Shown one piece after another: positions 16,532 through 26,229 of a DNA stretch of 64,000 nucleotides (positions within the stretch are counted from its first letter, which is position 1; each line of letters begins with the position of its first letter). Origin of the DNA: Clostridia bacterium (lineage in GTDB: Bacteria; Bacillota; Clostridia; Christensenellales; UBA3700); contig JAVXBP010000001.1 in assembly GCA_036659935.1 (NCBI GenBank), forward strand, positions 4,067 to 68,066, read 5' to 3'. Made by a program: the position numbers and the translations under genes. Under the pieces are notes generated by a model. It saw nothing but the letters and a program-made list of their open reading frames with translations. It had not been told where the DNA came from and ran no database searches.

Positions 16532-16649
16532 AATATTCTGATATTTAGATATTTTGATAATTTGAAATTTTGATATTTGTGATATTGTGACATTGTAGTA
16601 TTGTGACATTGTGATATTGTGATAATTGCTAAATTATGATATTGCAATA
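16532..16649. repeat. Array of degenerate TGATATT / TGTGA(C/T)ATTG words (about 8 GATAT-type copies) in a convergent intergenic region
   Basis: The 118 bp consist almost entirely of GATATT-like words. Ends with the 12-bp palindrome ATATTGCAATAT (16639-16650). Confidence 0.85.
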
Positions 16650-17699
16650 TTATTGTTTGTCTTGTTCTGAGAAACTTGTCAACACGTCAACAATTTCTTG
16701 TGGGAAAACAGGTTGATGTTGAGAGTTTGTGTCAGCCATTGTTTGCTCAGGATTAAGGTTTGCGCGGTCGTCAATCGCAGGTGGCAGTTGGTTCTTTTTC
16801 TTGCGAGAACGACGCCTTTTGAAGTTGCCCGCGAGCGAGTCGGAGACGTCAGTTATCGCGACAAAAGCGTTGTGGTCGAGTTGGATAACAATCTTTTTGA
16901 GCTTGCTCACTTCGAAGCGGTTTACAACGCAATAGAGCACGCATTTGTCTTTTTTGGAATAATAGCCTTTCGCGTTGAGAATTGTTACGCCTCTGCCAAA
17001 CGCGTCCGACAGCGCCTTTGCGATAGAATTGTCGAGACGGTCAGAAATGATAAACGCCGACTTTGTTTTGTCAATGCCGTCGATGATAAAGTCAACCGTT
17101 TTGACGCCGATTGCATAAGCCAAAATCGAATAAAGTGGCAAAATGTAACTCTTGAAAATCACTCCAGCGATGACATAAATGACAGTGTTGTATATCATTA
17201 CAAAAGTGCCGACGGTCAAGCCAATACGCTTTGCAAACAGCACCGCCATGACTTCTACGCCGTCGATTGCGCCGCCAAATCGAATCGTCAGTCCACTGCC
17301 TACGCCAGAGATAAGTCCGCCAAAAATTGCGCACAAAAGCAAATCGTCTTTCGCGATTGGCGAGCCGAGCGAAAAATCAATGTGGGCAAGGTTTTGGAAA
17401 ACAAATGTAAAAAACGAATATACGCTCACCGCGCACAGCGAATAGAGCACAAACGGCAAGCCAAGTTTCTTTGCGCCAAAGATAAAAAACGGAAAGTTGA
17501 GAATGACCAGCCACAACGCAATGTTGAGATGAGAAACTTGATAGAGCAAAATTGACGTGCCAGAAAAGCCACCGTCATAAATGCTGACAGGCGTCAAAAA
17601 AAGGTTGACACCAACGGCGTTTATAAAGCCGGCAATTATCAAAAAGACAAAGTTGATTGGCTCGACGCCTTCGAAAATTTTGCGCAATTTTTGTTTCAT
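16650..17699 (-). CDS. YitT-family membrane protein (with C-terminal DUF2179 domain)
   Basis: Multi-pass hydrophobic N-domain, then VTILNAKGYYS...HNAFVAITDVSD characteristic of DUF2179. Hydrophilic 55-aa tail. Confidence 0.8.
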   Translation of the reverse strand: MKQKLRKIFEGVEPINFVFLIIAGFINAVGVNLFLTPVSIYDGGFSGTSILLYQVSHLNIALWLVILNFPFFIFGAKKLGLPFVLYSLCAVSVYSFFTFVFQNLAHIDFSLGSPIAKDDLLLCAIFGGLISGVGSGLTIRFGGAIDGVEVMAVLFAKRIGLTVGTFVMIYNTVIYVIAGVIFKSYILPLYSILAYAIGVKTVDFIIDGIDKTKSAFIISDRLDNSIAKALSDAFGRGVTILNAKGYYSKKDKCVLYCVVNRFEVSKLKKIVIQLDHNAFVAITDVSDSLAGNFKRRRSRKKKNQLPPAIDDRANLNPEQTMADTNSQHQPVFPQEIVDVLTSFSEQDKQ

Positions 17700-17801
17700 T
17701 TTTTCACCTGCTTTCTATATTGTAATAAATTGTAATTGTAGTTTATGTCACACCTGTATATGATATTCGACATTTTGTCAGACATTCTCCGCGACAATAT
17801 A

Positions 17802-19190
17802 TTATTGTTGCGCAGGCATTGTTGACGCTGGCAAAAGCGCTTTTGCGCGCTTGTTGAGAATGCGATTGATGATGCAGCTGTATACGATTGTGCTCGACAG
17901 ACAGCTGACCGCGTCGGCGATAGGCTCGGAGAAAAATATGCTTTCCACTCCAAAAAATTGTGGCAAAACAAGAATGAGCGTGAGCATAACCACCACTTTG
18001 CGGAAAAGCGAAAGTGATATCGCCACGGGCGCAATGCCAAGCGCCGTCAGCCCGTCGACCAAAGAATATTGGAAGGAGAGCGGAATTATCATCATTGTAT
18101 AGATCTTGATATACTTTATGCTCATCGCGATAAGTTCGGGGTCTTTTGTAAATATTTTGACAAACAATTGACTGCCAAATTGAGCAAAAAAGGTCATCAT
18201 TGTGGTAAAAATTATGCACATAAGCAATATCAATTTTTGTCCGAGTTTCACTCTCGCAGTGTTGCGCGCGCCATAATTGTAGCTGAGAATTGGTTGCGTG
18301 CCACCAGTTATTCCGCCGAGTGGCATTGTGATAACTTGCATAAAGGACAAAACTATTGTCGCGCTTGCGATGAGCGTGTCGCCACTTGCTCCGCCATATT
18401 GTTGCAGGGCGGAATTGAGCGCGATAAGCATTACGCTGTCAGTCGCGATGATAAGAAAAGGCGACAAACCGAGAAGAATTATCTTTCCGATTGTTTTTCG
18501 GTTGTAACCGCGATAGGTTATTTTGATAAAGCTGTGCTTGGACGAAAGGAAAGCAAACGCAAAAATTGCCGATATCGCCTGAGAAATTACTGTCGCGATT
18601 GCAGCGCCTTTGACGCCCATATTGAATGTAAAAATAAAGAGCGGGTCGAGACAAATGTTTGCGACTGCGCCGACAAGAACGGTCGCCATCGCTGTTTTTG
18701 CAAAGCCTTGCGCGACAATAAAGCTGTTGAGCCCAGCGCCCATAATCGCAAAAACCGTGCCGATTGTATAGTAGGTCAAATACTCGTCAGCCATTGGGAA
18801 AAGCTTGTCGCTTGCGCCAAAAGCGTAAAGCATAGGCGTTTTCGCAACGAAAACCACGATTGTAAGCACAACTGATAGCACCGCCAACATAAGAAAGCTG
18901 TTTGCAAGCACTTGTTCAGCGCCTTTGTTGTTTTTTTCGCCGAGGCGAATGGAAAAAATTGGCGCTCCGCCCAAACCGACAAGAGAGGCAAACGAGCAAA
19001 TGAGCGTCACAATTGGCCCGCAAATGCCAACGCTCGCGAGCGCGTCAAGTCCGACTTCTGGCATATTTCCGATATAAATTCTGTCTACTATAGAATAAAG
19101 TACGCTTACAAATTGCGCAAGCATAGACGGTATAGCTATTCTGAGAACAAGTTTCCACATCTTTTCTGTTCCGAGAAAATTATCTTTCAT
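17802..19190 (-). CDS. MATE-family efflux transporter
   Basis: 462 aa. LVLRIAIPSMLAQFVSVLYSIVDRIYIG and 12 hydrophobic segments. Confidence 0.9.
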   Translation of the reverse strand: MKDNFLGTEKMWKLVLRIAIPSMLAQFVSVLYSIVDRIYIGNMPEVGLDALASVGICGPIVTLICSFASLVGLGGAPIFSIRLGEKNNKGAEQVLANSFLMLAVLSVVLTIVVFVAKTPMLYAFGASDKLFPMADEYLTYYTIGTVFAIMGAGLNSFIVAQGFAKTAMATVLVGAVANICLDPLFIFTFNMGVKGAAIATVISQAISAIFAFAFLSSKHSFIKITYRGYNRKTIGKIILLGLSPFLIIATDSVMLIALNSALQQYGGASGDTLIASATIVLSFMQVITMPLGGITGGTQPILSYNYGARNTARVKLGQKLILLMCIIFTTMMTFFAQFGSQLFVKIFTKDPELIAMSIKYIKIYTMMIIPLSFQYSLVDGLTALGIAPVAISLSLFRKVVVMLTLILVLPQFFGVESIFFSEPIADAVSCLSSTIVYSCIINRILNKRAKALLPASTMPAQQ

Positions 19191-19341
19191 TCCAACATTT
19201 TTTCCTTTTTGTTTTCTTCACCTAAAGTATAGCATAATAGCCACCAGAAACAAGCATTTTTGGCGGCTATTTGTACAAAATTTTATTCTTATTGGATATA
19301 TTATAATCTCTAATCAGTGACAAACAACTTGCGAAAGAGTG

Positions 19342-19989
19342 TTATTTGGACAAATCGCAGTTGTCGTTCTTGTTGTCGCAATCGTCGCTGTCGCAAATGC
19401 TTGCGGCTTTGCTTTTTTTGTTGGTCGGCAAGTTGCGCGTTTTGTTGAGAATTGGAATAAGTTTCCACGCAAGAGCGCACGCAAGCATAGCAAGAATTAT
19501 GTCTTTTGGAGCTGTCGCCAAGAAAAATGTTTGGAAAATAAACCAACTGTCTTTTGGAGTGTGCAAATAGAATGTAGTAATCAAATAATAATAGAACATT
19601 CCTATCGCGTAGGATATTACAAAACCAACCAACGCGCCAACAACCAGTCGCCAAAACTTTACGCCTTTGCGTGGATTTGCGATCAAGCCACACGCAAACG
19701 CTGAGAAAATAAAACCGATTATGTAGCCAAAAGTTGGCGAAACAAGATAGCCGATTCCTCCGCCGGTGGAAAAAACTGGTATGCCGATAAGCCCCATGAG
19801 CATATAAATAGCCATGGAAAATGCGCCGAGTTTTGCGCCGAGAAGCATTCCGCCAAGCAAGCAAAAGGTGAGTTGGAAAGTGATTGGCACGACGGGGGTT
19901 GGAATTTTGAGAAAAGCGCCAACTATCATAAGCGCGACGAAAAGCGCGCAAGTCGCAAGGTCAAAGGTTCTTTTTCTGTTGAGTTGCAT
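19342..19989 (-). CDS. bioY: Biotin transporter BioY (ECF S-component)
   Basis: True start MQLNRKRTFDL at 19989 after AGGAG. KIPTPVVPITFQLTFCLLGG...GYLVSPTFGYIIGF is typical of BioY. C/D/N-rich tail. ORF-track extension to 20127 rejected. Confidence 0.85.
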   Translation of the reverse strand: MQLNRKRTFDLATCALFVALMIVGAFLKIPTPVVPITFQLTFCLLGGMLLGAKLGAFSMAIYMLMGLIGIPVFSTGGGIGYLVSPTFGYIIGFIFSAFACGLIANPRKGVKFWRLVVGALVGFVISYAIGMFYYYLITTFYLHTPKDSWFIFQTFFLATAPKDIILAMLACALAWKLIPILNKTRNLPTNKKSKAASICDSDDCDNKNDNCDLSK

Positions 19990-20119
19990 AGTTCTCCTGC
20001 CACAGCCACGCCACCAAAAGTCAAAAACTTTGTAATTTTTGGGAAACGAGCCGTCAACAAACGCGATTGAAATTTTGGAATTTGGCGTTTGCGTATATAT
20101 TAAACCACAAAGCAAAGCG

Positions 20120-20154
20120 ATTGTCAACCAAAATTATCAACAAAAGGTGACAAT
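20120..20154. promoter_or_regulatory. BirA operator-like inverted repeat upstream of bioY
   Basis: ATTGTCAACC-N16-GGTGACAAT resembles the TGTnAACC-N14-16-GGTTnACA BirA site. On the minus strand the left half contains a TTGACA -35. Confidence 0.65.
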
Positions 20155-20276
20155 TAAAAAATATTGCATAATGCGCGGAAAATATAGTCAAAAACGATTT
20201 TTTGTGCTATACTTATACACCATAACAAGATTAAAGGAAAACTCTACGCGCAATGGCGCGCAACAACGGAGAAAAA

Positions 20277-21527
20277 ATGGAAAAGAAAAAAAGTCTACAA
20301 ATTTTTCACACGGCAGGCAGTTTGTTGGAATTTGTAGGGCAAGAAACACAAGAAAAGCGCGCTGGCGACATCGCGAGCAAGCTCATAGAATTTGCAATGC
20401 AATACAACGTCAATGGCAACATTTGGCATCATTATATCGCATATTTTCTTGCATTCAACGAAAACGCTTTTTCGCTCGCGTGCGAGAAAAAAGGCTTGAC
20501 AAACACTTCCCTTGACGCGTTGGCAGAAAAAGAAATGACGATTATCAAAGGGATATTTGATATGGACATGCAAGAATTGCTTGATTGCGACAAAAGCGAG
20601 ACTGACATTTTTGCGCACTTTGTAAGTGGTGAGAAAAATGTTTTCAACGCGATTATCGCAGGCGCGGTGGCGCACTTTGCAAGCGAGTTGGAAAAGGCGA
20701 AAACTCCGCGAGAATTTTTGTTGGCGGTGGCTGACTTTTATCGCGATTATGGCGTGGGCGACATTGGGCTCAATATGGCTTTCAAAGTCAACAAACCGTC
20801 AAACAGTGACGTTGCGGAATTGCTCCCAATCAAAAACGCCGACCGCAAGCGCCTTTGTGATATCATCGGTTATGACCTGCAAAAGGGCAAAGTTGTAGAA
20901 AACACGCTCGCGTTTTTGCAAGGCAAGCCAGCCAACAATGTTTTGCTATATGGCGACGGTGGCACTGGCAAGTCATCGACAATCAAGGCGTTGCTCGGGG
21001 AATATTTTTCTCAAGGGTTGCGCGTTGTGGAAGTCTATAAGCATCAATTTGGAATGATATCAGATATTATTTCAATTTTAAAAACAAGGAATTATAAGTT
21101 TATGCTCTATCTCGACGACTTGTCTTTCGAGGACTTTGAGATAGAATACAAATATTTTAAGGCTATCATTGACGGCGGAATGGAAGTTCGCCCAAAAAAT
21201 ATGTTGATATACGCGACGTCAAACAGACGCCACCTTATCAAAGAAAGTTTCAATGACAAAAACGATATGCAAATGGTCGGCGACTTGCACAGAAGCGATA
21301 CTTTGCAAGAAAAACTTTCGCTTGTGGCGCGTTTTGGCTTGTCGATATATTATCCGTCGCCAAATCAAGTGGAATATCTTGCGATTGTGGGTGAACTTGC
21401 AACAAAAAACAATATCGATATGCCACGAGAGGACTTGGAAAAGCTTGCTTTGCAATGGGAGTTGCGCGGAAGTGGCAAAAGCGGTCGAACCGCCGAGCAA
21501 TTTATCAACGCGCTTTTGGCAAAATAA
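20277..21527 (+). CDS. DUF815-type AAA+ ATPase
   Basis: Walker A LLYGDGGTGKSS, Walker B MLYLDDLSFE, IYATSNRRHLI. GGAG Shine-Dalgarno before ATG 20277. Confidence 0.8.
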   Translation: MEKKKSLQIFHTAGSLLEFVGQETQEKRAGDIASKLIEFAMQYNVNGNIWHHYIAYFLAFNENAFSLACEKKGLTNTSLDALAEKEMTIIKGIFDMDMQELLDCDKSETDIFAHFVSGEKNVFNAIIAGAVAHFASELEKAKTPREFLLAVADFYRDYGVGDIGLNMAFKVNKPSNSDVAELLPIKNADRKRLCDIIGYDLQKGKVVENTLAFLQGKPANNVLLYGDGGTGKSSTIKALLGEYFSQGLRVVEVYKHQFGMISDIISILKTRNYKFMLYLDDLSFEDFEIEYKYFKAIIDGGMEVRPKNMLIYATSNRRHLIKESFNDKNDMQMVGDLHRSDTLQEKLSLVARFGLSIYYPSPNQVEYLAIVGELATKNNIDMPREDLEKLALQWELRGSGKSGRTAEQFINALLAK

Positions 21528-21665
21528 GTTGTCAATAGCATAAAATATAAAGTTAAAATGCAAGTGTAAAAAATAAATAAAAAAATAATTAAGATACAAA
21601 CATATATAGCAAATAGAAAAAGTAATATAAAAAAACAAATAATATATAACATCAACATCAATATC

Positions 21666-21696
21666 AAAAAGCTCGCTTGCAAAGGCGAGTTTTTTG
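21666..21696. terminator. Rho-independent terminator
   Basis: Stem CTCGCTT / AGGCGAG with a GCAA tetraloop, A-run before and T6 after. Confidence 0.7.
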
Positions 21697-21756
21697 TTGT
21701 AAATAAATATAAAATCAAAACACCGCTATAATTATTCCTTAAAATAGCATTTTCAC

Positions 21757-21785
21757 TTGTAAATATTTTTTGACTATAGTATAAT
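21757..21785 (+). promoter_or_regulatory. Sigma-A-type promoter for the sulfatase operon
   Basis: TTGTAA (21757-21762), 17-nt spacer, TATAAT (21780-21785). Confidence 0.55.
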
Positions 21786-21879
21786 TAAAATATGTTGGCG
21801 CAAAAACAATATTTTGCGAGCAATATAACAAATGAATGAGAAAAATATTTTGCAAAGAACAAACAGCAAGGAGAGAATT

Positions 21880-24069
21880 ATGGAAGAAAACAAAGTTGTT
21901 GAACAAACAACCGCGCAAGACAAGCCTTTGAGACAAACGGTCTCGCTTGACAAGTCGCCAAAGGTTATACCAATGATCGTAATGGTGTTGGGTATGACAA
22001 TTATGCTTTGCCAATGGGTCATCGGTTTGAACATTGTCGCGCTTGTAGGAGCGATGTATATGTGCATTACTTCGGCGATTATTTTGATAGGACTTATCTC
22101 GAAAAAGAAGCTTTATTTGTGGTATTTTATCGGCTATGTCGCTGTCAGCTTTGGCATCGCAATGTTTTTTATCGTCAACGGCGCTGACGCAGGTTGGGGA
22201 GCAATAACAAGCGGACAAACTGGCTTCGATACTGCCGCGCACGGTTTGTGGCAAGGCGAAGGCAATTTTGGCACAAGATTGCTCGGAAATATTATTATTT
22301 GTTCGCCAAGTTTTGTTGTTTTGTTGGGGCTTTATTTGATTGTTGACAAGATGAAAGCAGGTCGCTCGCTCAAAACAATTTTGACTTATGCAATGAGCGT
22401 TTTGTTGATAGGTACGTCGATATTGTATGTTTTTACTATGAATTTGCGTTCGAACCCAAAAGTTTTTGACTTGTCAAAAGGTCACGACGAATATCTCAAC
22501 GGCGTCAAAAAGAATGCGAACCACAACAACCCAAACGTCCTTGTAATTCTTATGGACGACTTGGGCTATGGCGACACAAGCTATAACGCTCGCAAGGGGG
22601 GACAAACACCTGCCTTCGAGACGCCTACGCTCGATTGGATAGCGCAAAGCGGAGTTGACTTTGACAACTTCTATTCGTCATATTCCGTTTGTTCGCCATC
22701 GCGTTTTGCAATGATGACAGGCAGATATCCTTATCGTGGCAACGCCGACAACGTTATGTATCCGACAGTAAACACTTTTGCTCCGCTCGCGACGACGAGA
22801 GTTTTCAACTCAATCGAGCTTGGCGCAAACTGTGACGGAATGTTGGGGGACGAAGTTACTATGGCGGAAAGTTTCCAACAAGCTGGCTATGAGACTGGCT
22901 GTTTTGGCAAGTGGCATTTGGGCGACTATGGTCAATATTTGCCGACAAAACAAGGCTTTGATTACTTCTATGGTTCTCACCACGTCAACGATATGGTGCC
23001 TTTCTATCACGCGACTGAGCAAGACGGAGAATACAAAATTTCTGTCGGGACAGAAAAGCTCAATCAAAATGACGCGACAAAAATTATACACAATGAGACA
23101 TACAATTGGATCGCCGACAAGGCTGACAACAGCGAGCCATTCTTTGCTTATTATGCGACGCCGTGGCCACACGCTCCACTCTTTGCGAGCGAAGAATTCC
23201 AAGGCAGCACAGGCGCGGGCATCTATGCTGATTGCGTGACGGAATTCGACCACTATCTTGGCGAACTGTTTGCAATGATGCAAGACAAGGGCGTGCTCGA
23301 CGACACAATTATTGTCTTTTCTTCTGACAACGGACCAGCATTGCAAGGCTCAATGAATGAGTTGCGCGGTGGTAAATTTTCGCCATACGAAGGTGGACAA
23401 AAAGTGCCTTTCTATATGCGTTGGGGCAACGGCGGACAAAACTTTGGCAACAAACGCGGTCTTGACACAACTCAACCGACAGACAAGGGACGCACAATCG
23501 CAGCTCCTGCCACGTTGGCTGACCTTTATCCAACGCTGACCGACATTTGCAACATTACAAACCAAGACGAGAGCATTCGCGGTTATATGCCAAGCGACGT
23601 GGACAGAGATATTGACGGCGTAAATATGATGCCGATTATCGAAGACACGACGGGGACAAAATTTATCCACGACAAGGCGCATCCAATTCTGCATATGAAA
23701 CGCGAAAAGATTCACGCGGTGCAATATTCTCTCACCAAACAAGAATTGTTGGACGAAGTCAAGGACTATAAGAAAGAACCAAACAACAAGGTTGCCGACG
23801 GCAAAGATTACGCAGAGATTCCATTTATCAAGGACAATTCTTATACGACTTGGAAATATTTTAAAAAGTACAAAAATGACAACCCAGAATTTTTCGACAA
23901 GACAAGAAAAAATTGGTTGATTTGTTTGACTGACGACAGGGGCGAAAGCTATCAAAGAGCGCAAGTTTTCCCAACAATCGCCGACGATAGCAAGCAAGTT
24001 ATAAACGATTGGACAAAGAAATTCAAGGACAACCGTCGCGGTTATTACAAAGACTTCTACAAAAAGTAA
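21880..24069 (+). CDS. Membrane-anchored Cys-type (formylglycine) sulfatase
   Basis: About five N-terminal hydrophobic helices, then PNVLVILMDDLGYGD and SVCSPSRFAMMTGRYP (C-x-P-x-R). AAGGAGAG Shine-Dalgarno before ATG 21880 (ORF-track start 21832 has none). Confidence 0.85.
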   Translation: MEENKVVEQTTAQDKPLRQTVSLDKSPKVIPMIVMVLGMTIMLCQWVIGLNIVALVGAMYMCITSAIILIGLISKKKLYLWYFIGYVAVSFGIAMFFIVNGADAGWGAITSGQTGFDTAAHGLWQGEGNFGTRLLGNIIICSPSFVVLLGLYLIVDKMKAGRSLKTILTYAMSVLLIGTSILYVFTMNLRSNPKVFDLSKGHDEYLNGVKKNANHNNPNVLVILMDDLGYGDTSYNARKGGQTPAFETPTLDWIAQSGVDFDNFYSSYSVCSPSRFAMMTGRYPYRGNADNVMYPTVNTFAPLATTRVFNSIELGANCDGMLGDEVTMAESFQQAGYETGCFGKWHLGDYGQYLPTKQGFDYFYGSHHVNDMVPFYHATEQDGEYKISVGTEKLNQNDATKIIHNETYNWIADKADNSEPFFAYYATPWPHAPLFASEEFQGSTGAGIYADCVTEFDHYLGELFAMMQDKGVLDDTIIVFSSDNGPALQGSMNELRGGKFSPYEGGQKVPFYMRWGNGGQNFGNKRGLDTTQPTDKGRTIAAPATLADLYPTLTDICNITNQDESIRGYMPSDVDRDIDGVNMMPIIEDTTGTKFIHDKAHPILHMKREKIHAVQYSLTKQELLDEVKDYKKEPNNKVADGKDYAEIPFIKDNSYTTWKYFKKYKNDNPEFFDKTRKNWLICLTDDRGESYQRAQVFPTIADDSKQVINDWTKKFKDNRRGYYKDFYKK

Positions 24070-24083
24070 GTCAAGGAGAAATT

Positions 24084-25169
24084 ATGCCGCAACTTTCTAT
24101 TATGATAAAACCCGCGTCAAGCTTGTGCAATATGCGGTGCAAATATTGCTTTTATCACTCTCTTGCAAGCGAGAGAGAAGAATTTAGCTTTGGCAAAATG
24201 ACGCCGTCAACGACAGAAAATTTGGTAGAAAAGGCCTTGCGTTTTGCAAACGGCGAAAGCGTATATTTTGCATTCCAAGGGGGCGAGCCACTGCTTGCAG
24301 GCAAAGATTATTTTGCAAACTTCGTGGCGCTTGTCAACAAATATAACGCGAAAAAAAGTGAAATTTTCTTTTCACTGCAAACAAACGGCACGCTTGTTGA
24401 CGACGAGTGGACAAAGTTTTTTCTCGACAATGACTTTCTCATAGGCTTGAGCTTGGACGGCAATCAAGACGCTAATAGATTCCGCTTGGACGGCGAGTTT
24501 GCGCCTGCTTTCAACAAAACTTTCGCGGCGGCAAAGTCTTTGCAAAAAAGTGGCGTCAAGACAAATATTTTGATTGTCGCGACTGGTTGGACTGCCGACC
24601 ATATCGAAGAAGTGTATAGGTTTTTGCGCGACGAAGGCTTTGGCTACTTGCAATTTATCCCTTGTTTGCGCCCGTTTGGCGACACGACAGAAGGGCAATT
24701 GTATATGACCGTCGAGCAATATCGCAGTTTTCTTGTGAGATTGTGCAACTTGTATGTCAAAGATTTTGTGCGCGGAAAATATGTCAGCGTGCGATATATG
24801 GACAATCTTGTAAGGCTTTTTCTTGGTCAAAAGGCTGAGCAATGCGGCTTGGAAGGGCATTGCACTCATCAATTTGTGGTCGAAGGCAACGGCAACGTTT
24901 ATCCGTGCGACTTCTATTGTTTGGACAAATGGTTGCTCGGCAACGTGAACGAAAGTGACTTTGCGCTGTTGGCGCACACTCCGCTCGCGATAGAATTTAT
25001 CAGAGAGTCTTTCAATATCCCCGACAAATGCAAGACGTGCAAATATCTCGCGCTTTGCAGAGCGGGCGGTTGCAAACGCTCACGCGCGGACAGAGATTAT
25101 TGCGAGGCGTACAAAGGCTTTTTCTCAGCGTGCTTGCCACTGCTCAACGTTTTCAAAAAGTTGGACTGA
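24084..25169 (+). CDS. Anaerobic sulfatase-maturating enzyme (radical SAM / SPASM)
   Basis: MIKPASSLCNMRCKYCFY (CxxxCxxC) and C-terminal Cys clusters (CDFYC, CKTCKYLALCRAGGC). AAGGAGA Shine-Dalgarno. 14 nt after the sulfatase stop. Confidence 0.9.
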   Translation: MPQLSIMIKPASSLCNMRCKYCFYHSLASEREEFSFGKMTPSTTENLVEKALRFANGESVYFAFQGGEPLLAGKDYFANFVALVNKYNAKKSEIFFSLQTNGTLVDDEWTKFFLDNDFLIGLSLDGNQDANRFRLDGEFAPAFNKTFAAAKSLQKSGVKTNILIVATGWTADHIEEVYRFLRDEGFGYLQFIPCLRPFGDTTEGQLYMTVEQYRSFLVRLCNLYVKDFVRGKYVSVRYMDNLVRLFLGQKAEQCGLEGHCTHQFVVEGNGNVYPCDFYCLDKWLLGNVNESDFALLAHTPLAIEFIRESFNIPDKCKTCKYLALCRAGGCKRSRADRDYCEAYKGFFSACLPLLNVFKKLD

Positions 25170-25260
25170 AATATCGCGCAGAAAAATTGCTGTAAACAAG
25201 TTTTTCCATCAACAATCTTGAATAGCTTTTGGGAGTTGAACACTATTTTGATATAACCTT

Positions 25261-25300
25261 ACGCGCTCAAAGAGACAAACTCTCTTGGGCGCGTATTTTG
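25261..25300 (+). terminator. Rho-independent terminator after the sulfatase operon
   Basis: 14-bp stem with one bulge (ACGCGCTCAAAGAG / CTCTTGGGCGCGT), 5-nt loop, followed by ATTTTGTTG. Confidence 0.65.
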
Positions 25301-25418
25301 TTGTGTCGAGCGTATTGTCGTCGCAAAAATGTTTTTTTGTCGCGAGTTCGAGTTTTGCGCAGTAATTGCAAATTTTTAATTGCAATTTTATCACTGCAAA
25401 AATGTGTTTTTCGTCGCG

Positions 25419-25688
25419 TTATATGTTGTGCGGTTCAAGAAAAGTGACGAATTTTAGATTGAAAATGTCACAAACAATATATTGACGATTGCGCGCTTGA
25501 TAGAGCACAAGATATTTTTCGCCGACATCGTGCAAGATGCCAGCCTTTGTCACAACGGTATTTGTGCCGACAAGAAAGTCGCACGATATGTAATTGCCGA
25601 CGTTGAGAGAAAGCAGCCGTTGCATTGAGCCGTCGAATGCCTGACCTGACAGGTCGTCGTGAGGGATATCAAGATTTTCGTTTGCCAT
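25419..25688 (-). CDS. gerQ: GerQ-like spore coat protein
   Basis: 89 aa. LLSLNVGNYISCDFLVG...KAGILHDVGEKYLVLYQ...IVCDIFNLKFVTF mirrors the C-terminal domain pattern of Bacillus GerQ. AGGAGG Shine-Dalgarno. Immediately downstream of a CwlJ-type gene, as in Bacillus. Confidence 0.55.
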   Translation of the reverse strand: MANENLDIPHDDLSGQAFDGSMQRLLSLNVGNYISCDFLVGTNTVVTKAGILHDVGEKYLVLYQARNRQYIVCDIFNLKFVTFLEPHNI

Positions 25689-25726
25689 AGAAACCTCCTA
25701 AATTTTTTGTTGTTCGATTGCAAATA

Positions 25727-26155
25727 TTATGTATTTGGATAAGAAGAAGTCGGGTTGTAGAAGCAATGGTCGCCAATTCTGATAGCGAAATAGCCGTTTT
25801 TGTTGGGGAAATTTGTCTTGCAAACCTTGGAAAAAGGATTAAAATACCACAAAGAATTGGAGACTATCGGCAACACGCCCCCGTCAAGCGCCCACTGCGC
25901 GATATCATAATGTTCTTGTTCGGCGGGGAGATTGAAAATATTTTGCGGATTGTATTTTGTGCCAAAATATTCGCGCGCGCAGTCAAATTGATAGGGCGCG
26001 TAAATGACGTTGCGCAAGGTGTTGAACCTGCCATATTCGCCTGTGTCCTCTCGCACTCGGTTCATAATCACTGTCGCGACGGCGCGCATTCCGTCCTCTC
26101 CTTCGCCGCCTGCTTCGCATCTCAAAATTCTTGCCAACAATTCCAAATCGCTCAT
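25727..26155 (-). CDS. cwlJ: CwlJ/SleB-family spore cortex-lytic cell-wall hydrolase
   Basis: True start MSDLELLARILRCEAGGEGEDGMRAVATVIMNRV at 26155 (Hydrolase_2 signature). ORF-track extension into the upstream repeats rejected. Confidence 0.8.
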   Translation of the reverse strand: MSDLELLARILRCEAGGEGEDGMRAVATVIMNRVREDTGEYGRFNTLRNVIYAPYQFDCAREYFGTKYNPQNIFNLPAEQEHYDIAQWALDGGVLPIVSNSLWYFNPFSKVCKTNFPNKNGYFAIRIGDHCFYNPTSSYPNT

Positions 26156-26229
26156 TTTGCTACCTCGCTTACAATATATGTTTGCCGATTGCAAAAGGCT
26201 ACTTGTCGCAAAAAACTGTCCGTCACAAA

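Noticed and set aside
16532-16649. GATATT arrays, or the 13-, 22- and 56-bp tandem repeats, as CRISPR arrays or a replication origin
   Set aside because: There are no regularly spaced identical repeats separated by unique spacers, and no cas genes. There are also no DnaA boxes (TTATCCACA), and dnaA/dnaN are not nearby.
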